DNA of 62,874 bases, counting the filler, from Gemmatimonadota bacterium (lineage in GTDB: Bacteria; 4572-55; J002): assembly GCA_003697105.1 (NCBI GenBank). It is 4 parts of 4 records of this genome, joined end to end, with 100 filler letters (N's around TTAATTAATTAA, not from the genome) between each part and the next. Parts side by side here need not be neighbours in the genome. Positions count along the whole stretch, not along the records: positions 57,272 to 62,874 come from RFFQ01000123.1; 3 more parts are not named here. The stretch is one strand, 5' to 3'. Numbering within the stretch: position 1 is the first letter of the stretch; each line of letters starts with the position of its first letter. The notes under the pieces are model-generated. The model did no database searches. It was not told the DNA's origin and saw only the letters and a program-made list of their open reading frames with translations. Both the position numbers and the translations under genes were made by a program. Of the stretch, positions 60,858 through 62,874 are shown in pieces.

Positions 60858-61814
60858 ATGAATACATTTGCCATTCAAACCCAGAATCTAACGAAGCATT
60901 TTGGCGATATTCCTGCCGTTAACGGGATTGATCTGCACGTTAAACCGGGTGAAATGTTCGGGATTGTCGGTCCGGATGGTGCCGGAAAGACGACAACCCT
61001 CCGGATGCTGTGCGGGGTGATCCCGCCAACATCCGGATCCGCACATGTTTTGGGGCTGGATGTTGTGCATGATAAACAAAAGCTAAAACATAACATCGGC
61101 TATTTATCCCAGCGGTTTAGTCTGTATGGAGACCTCACAATTGATGAAAACATCGAATTTTTTGCCGAAATCCACCAAGTGAAAGACTACAAAAAGCGCC
61201 GGCAAGAACTGCTGGATCTTACACGGTTAACCCCATTCCGCAAGCGTTTTGCCGACCGGCTTTCTGGCGGGATGAAGCAAAAATTAGCGTTAGCGTGTAC
61301 CTTAATCCACATCCCGCAGGTCATTTTTTTGGATGAACCGACAACGGGCGTTGATCCAGTGTCTCGCCGTGATTTTTGGAAGATTTTGGCGAGTTTACTC
61401 AAAACTGGTATCACCATTGTGATGTCCACACCCTATCTGGATGAAGCGGAACGCTGCAACCGTGTTGCCATGATGAGTCATGGTGCCATCTTGATCACCC
61501 AGACACCGTCGATGATTAAAAAAGAGATGAAAGGCGATTTGATTGAGATTATGTGTGATGATGTGCGCCGGGCATTCAACCTGTTGAAGATGAATGATGC
61601 TGTTATCGAAACACAGGCGTTTGGTGACCGGGTGCATGTGGTGGTTATGGATGCCAGCCGGGATGTCCCGCCGGTTCTGGCTCAACTGGAAAGCGCCCAG
61701 GTGCGTATCATTCAGGTTCGCCCCATTTCGCCATCGTTGGAAAATGTTTTTATCTCTTTGCTCCAAGCCACCGCGCACCAAAAGGAACAGGCGAATGATG
61801 ACCCGTGCAATTGA
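60858..61814 (+). CDS. ABC transporter ATP-binding protein (YbhF-like, first half)
   Basis: GPDGAGKT, LSGGMKQKL, LDEPTTGVDP. Confidence 0.94.
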   Translation: MNTFAIQTQNLTKHFGDIPAVNGIDLHVKPGEMFGIVGPDGAGKTTTLRMLCGVIPPTSGSAHVLGLDVVHDKQKLKHNIGYLSQRFSLYGDLTIDENIEFFAEIHQVKDYKKRRQELLDLTRLTPFRKRFADRLSGGMKQKLALACTLIHIPQVIFLDEPTTGVDPVSRRDFWKILASLLKTGITIVMSTPYLDEAERCNRVAMMSHGAILITQTPSMIKKEMKGDLIEIMCDDVRRAFNLLKMNDAVIETQAFGDRVHVVVMDASRDVPPVLAQLESAQVRIIQVRPISPSLENVFISLLQATAHQKEQANDDPCN

Positions 61815-62715
61815 AGTCCGTAATTTAACCAAAAAATTTGGATCGTTCACCTCCGTGGATCAGATCAGTTTTGACGTCCGTACCGGTGAAATTTTTGGCT
61901 TTTTGGGCTCGAATGGGGCAGGGAAATCCACTACGATTCGTATGTTATGCGGTTTGCTCCAGCCGACTGCCGGTGCCGCTGTTGTTGCCGGGGTGGATGT
62001 GGTAAAATATCCCGAACGGGTGAAATCCAAAATCGGTTATATGTCGCAGCGATTTTCACTTTACGAAGACCTCACCGTGCGGGAGAATATCCAGTTTTGG
62101 GGAGGGGTGTACGGCTTATCCCGGCAGGAAATAAAAGCGAGGTTGGCGCCGGTACTGGAATTCGCCAATCTTGCCGGGCAGGAAGACCGCCTCACCCGCG
62201 ATCTTTCCGGTGGGTGGAAACAGCGGCTTGCCCTCGGCTGTGCGATTCTGCACCAGCCCCAAATTGTCTTTTTGGATGAACCCACGGGCGGCGTGGACCC
62301 CCTCTCCCGCCGCCATTTTTGGGAACGGATTAACCAGCTCTCAGATGCCGGTACAACGGTCTTTGTAACCACGCATTTTTTGGATGAAGCCGAATATTGT
62401 CACAACATCCAACTGATTCATGCCGGTAAAATTATCGCCGGAGGTAGCCCCCAAACCCTGAAAACGGAGTTCATCCAGAACACGATGTTAGAGGTAGAAT
62501 GCGAGCCGCTGATTGATGCCCTACAACTGTTGGAATCTCAAACGTGGATTCTAGAGACCTCCCTTTTTGGTACGTACCTGCATCTGACCGTAGAAGATGC
62601 GGATCTCGCTACCACCAAAATAAAAAAACTACTTTCGGAAAATGCCATTAAACTACATCGCATGGAACCCATTTTACCCTCGCTAGAGGATGTTTTTATT
62701 CATGTAGTCAGTTAG
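61795..62715 (+). CDS. ABC transporter ATP-binding protein (YbhF-like, second half)
   Basis: GSNGAGKS, LSGGWKQRL, LDEPTGGVDP, TTH. Confidence 0.94.
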   Translation: MMTRAIEVRNLTKKFGSFTSVDQISFDVRTGEIFGFLGSNGAGKSTTIRMLCGLLQPTAGAAVVAGVDVVKYPERVKSKIGYMSQRFSLYEDLTVRENIQFWGGVYGLSRQEIKARLAPVLEFANLAGQEDRLTRDLSGGWKQRLALGCAILHQPQIVFLDEPTGGVDPLSRRHFWERINQLSDAGTTVFVTTHFLDEAEYCHNIQLIHAGKIIAGGSPQTLKTEFIQNTMLEVECEPLIDALQLLESQTWILETSLFGTYLHLTVEDADLATTKIKKLLSENAIKLHRMEPILPSLEDVFIHVVS

Positions 62716-62720
62716 CTTCT

Positions 62721-62775
62721 AAGTTTGGAGTTTCAAGTTTCAAGTTTCAAGTTCATAGTTTAATGTTCAAAGAGT
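62721..62775. repeat. Degenerate heptamer tandem repeat (AGTTTCA)n
   Basis: aagtttgg agtttca agtttca agtttca agttcat agtttaa tgttcaa. Confidence 0.7.
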
Positions 62776-62777
62776 AA

Positions 62778-62874
62778 CAATACCTTCGCCAAAAGTGACC
62801 TTTTAGGCTGTATGAATAGCGCCAATTCCGGCGAGATGGTTTTTGATTTGTTGAATTAAAATTGGGTGAGCCAA
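62778..62874 (+). mobile_element. End of a probable insertion sequence (IS4-like terminus CAATACC...), running off the window
   Basis: First 48 bp are 44/48 identical to the inverted copy at 41106-41153. Family assignment is tentative. Confidence 0.55.

Overview
Bacterial draft-genome (MAG-like) window made of four contigs joined by 100-bp artificial linkers (44 N + TTAATTAATTAA + 44 N at 13618-13717, 39201-39300, 57172-57271), so adjacency across these points means nothing biologically. A FlgD/T9SS-type C-terminal sorting domain, beta-barrel OMPs and lipoproteins suggest a diderm of the FCB group (inference). Most of the window is ordinary housekeeping and signalling content: fbp, purL, recJ, ctaA, a 2-oxoacid:ferredoxin oxidoreductase beta subunit, the phoH-pgpH-ybeY-corC-nadK operon, ccmEF, three tRNAs, several kinases and a cyclase, and a TetR-HlyD-ABC operon. 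The most interesting signals are: (1) an FmdB-type zinc-ribbon gene whose apparent TGA stop is followed by a bacterial SECIS-like hairpin, predicting a selenoprotein ending ...CGGGG-U-GHSH; (2) an integrase-less cluster of integron attC sites (CALIN-like), including an unusually long ~222-bp attC-like site before an AT-rich lipoprotein deiminase cassette, with a related half-site next to an IS5 end on another contig; (3) a 138-bp segment bounded by inverted repeats upstream of a YjbH-like OMP and a large surface lipoprotein (candidate invertible switch or MITE); (4) a degenerate UvrD-like protein near an extended RecJ. No CRISPR array or rRNA was seen. All family calls come from motif recognition by eye; no database search was run.
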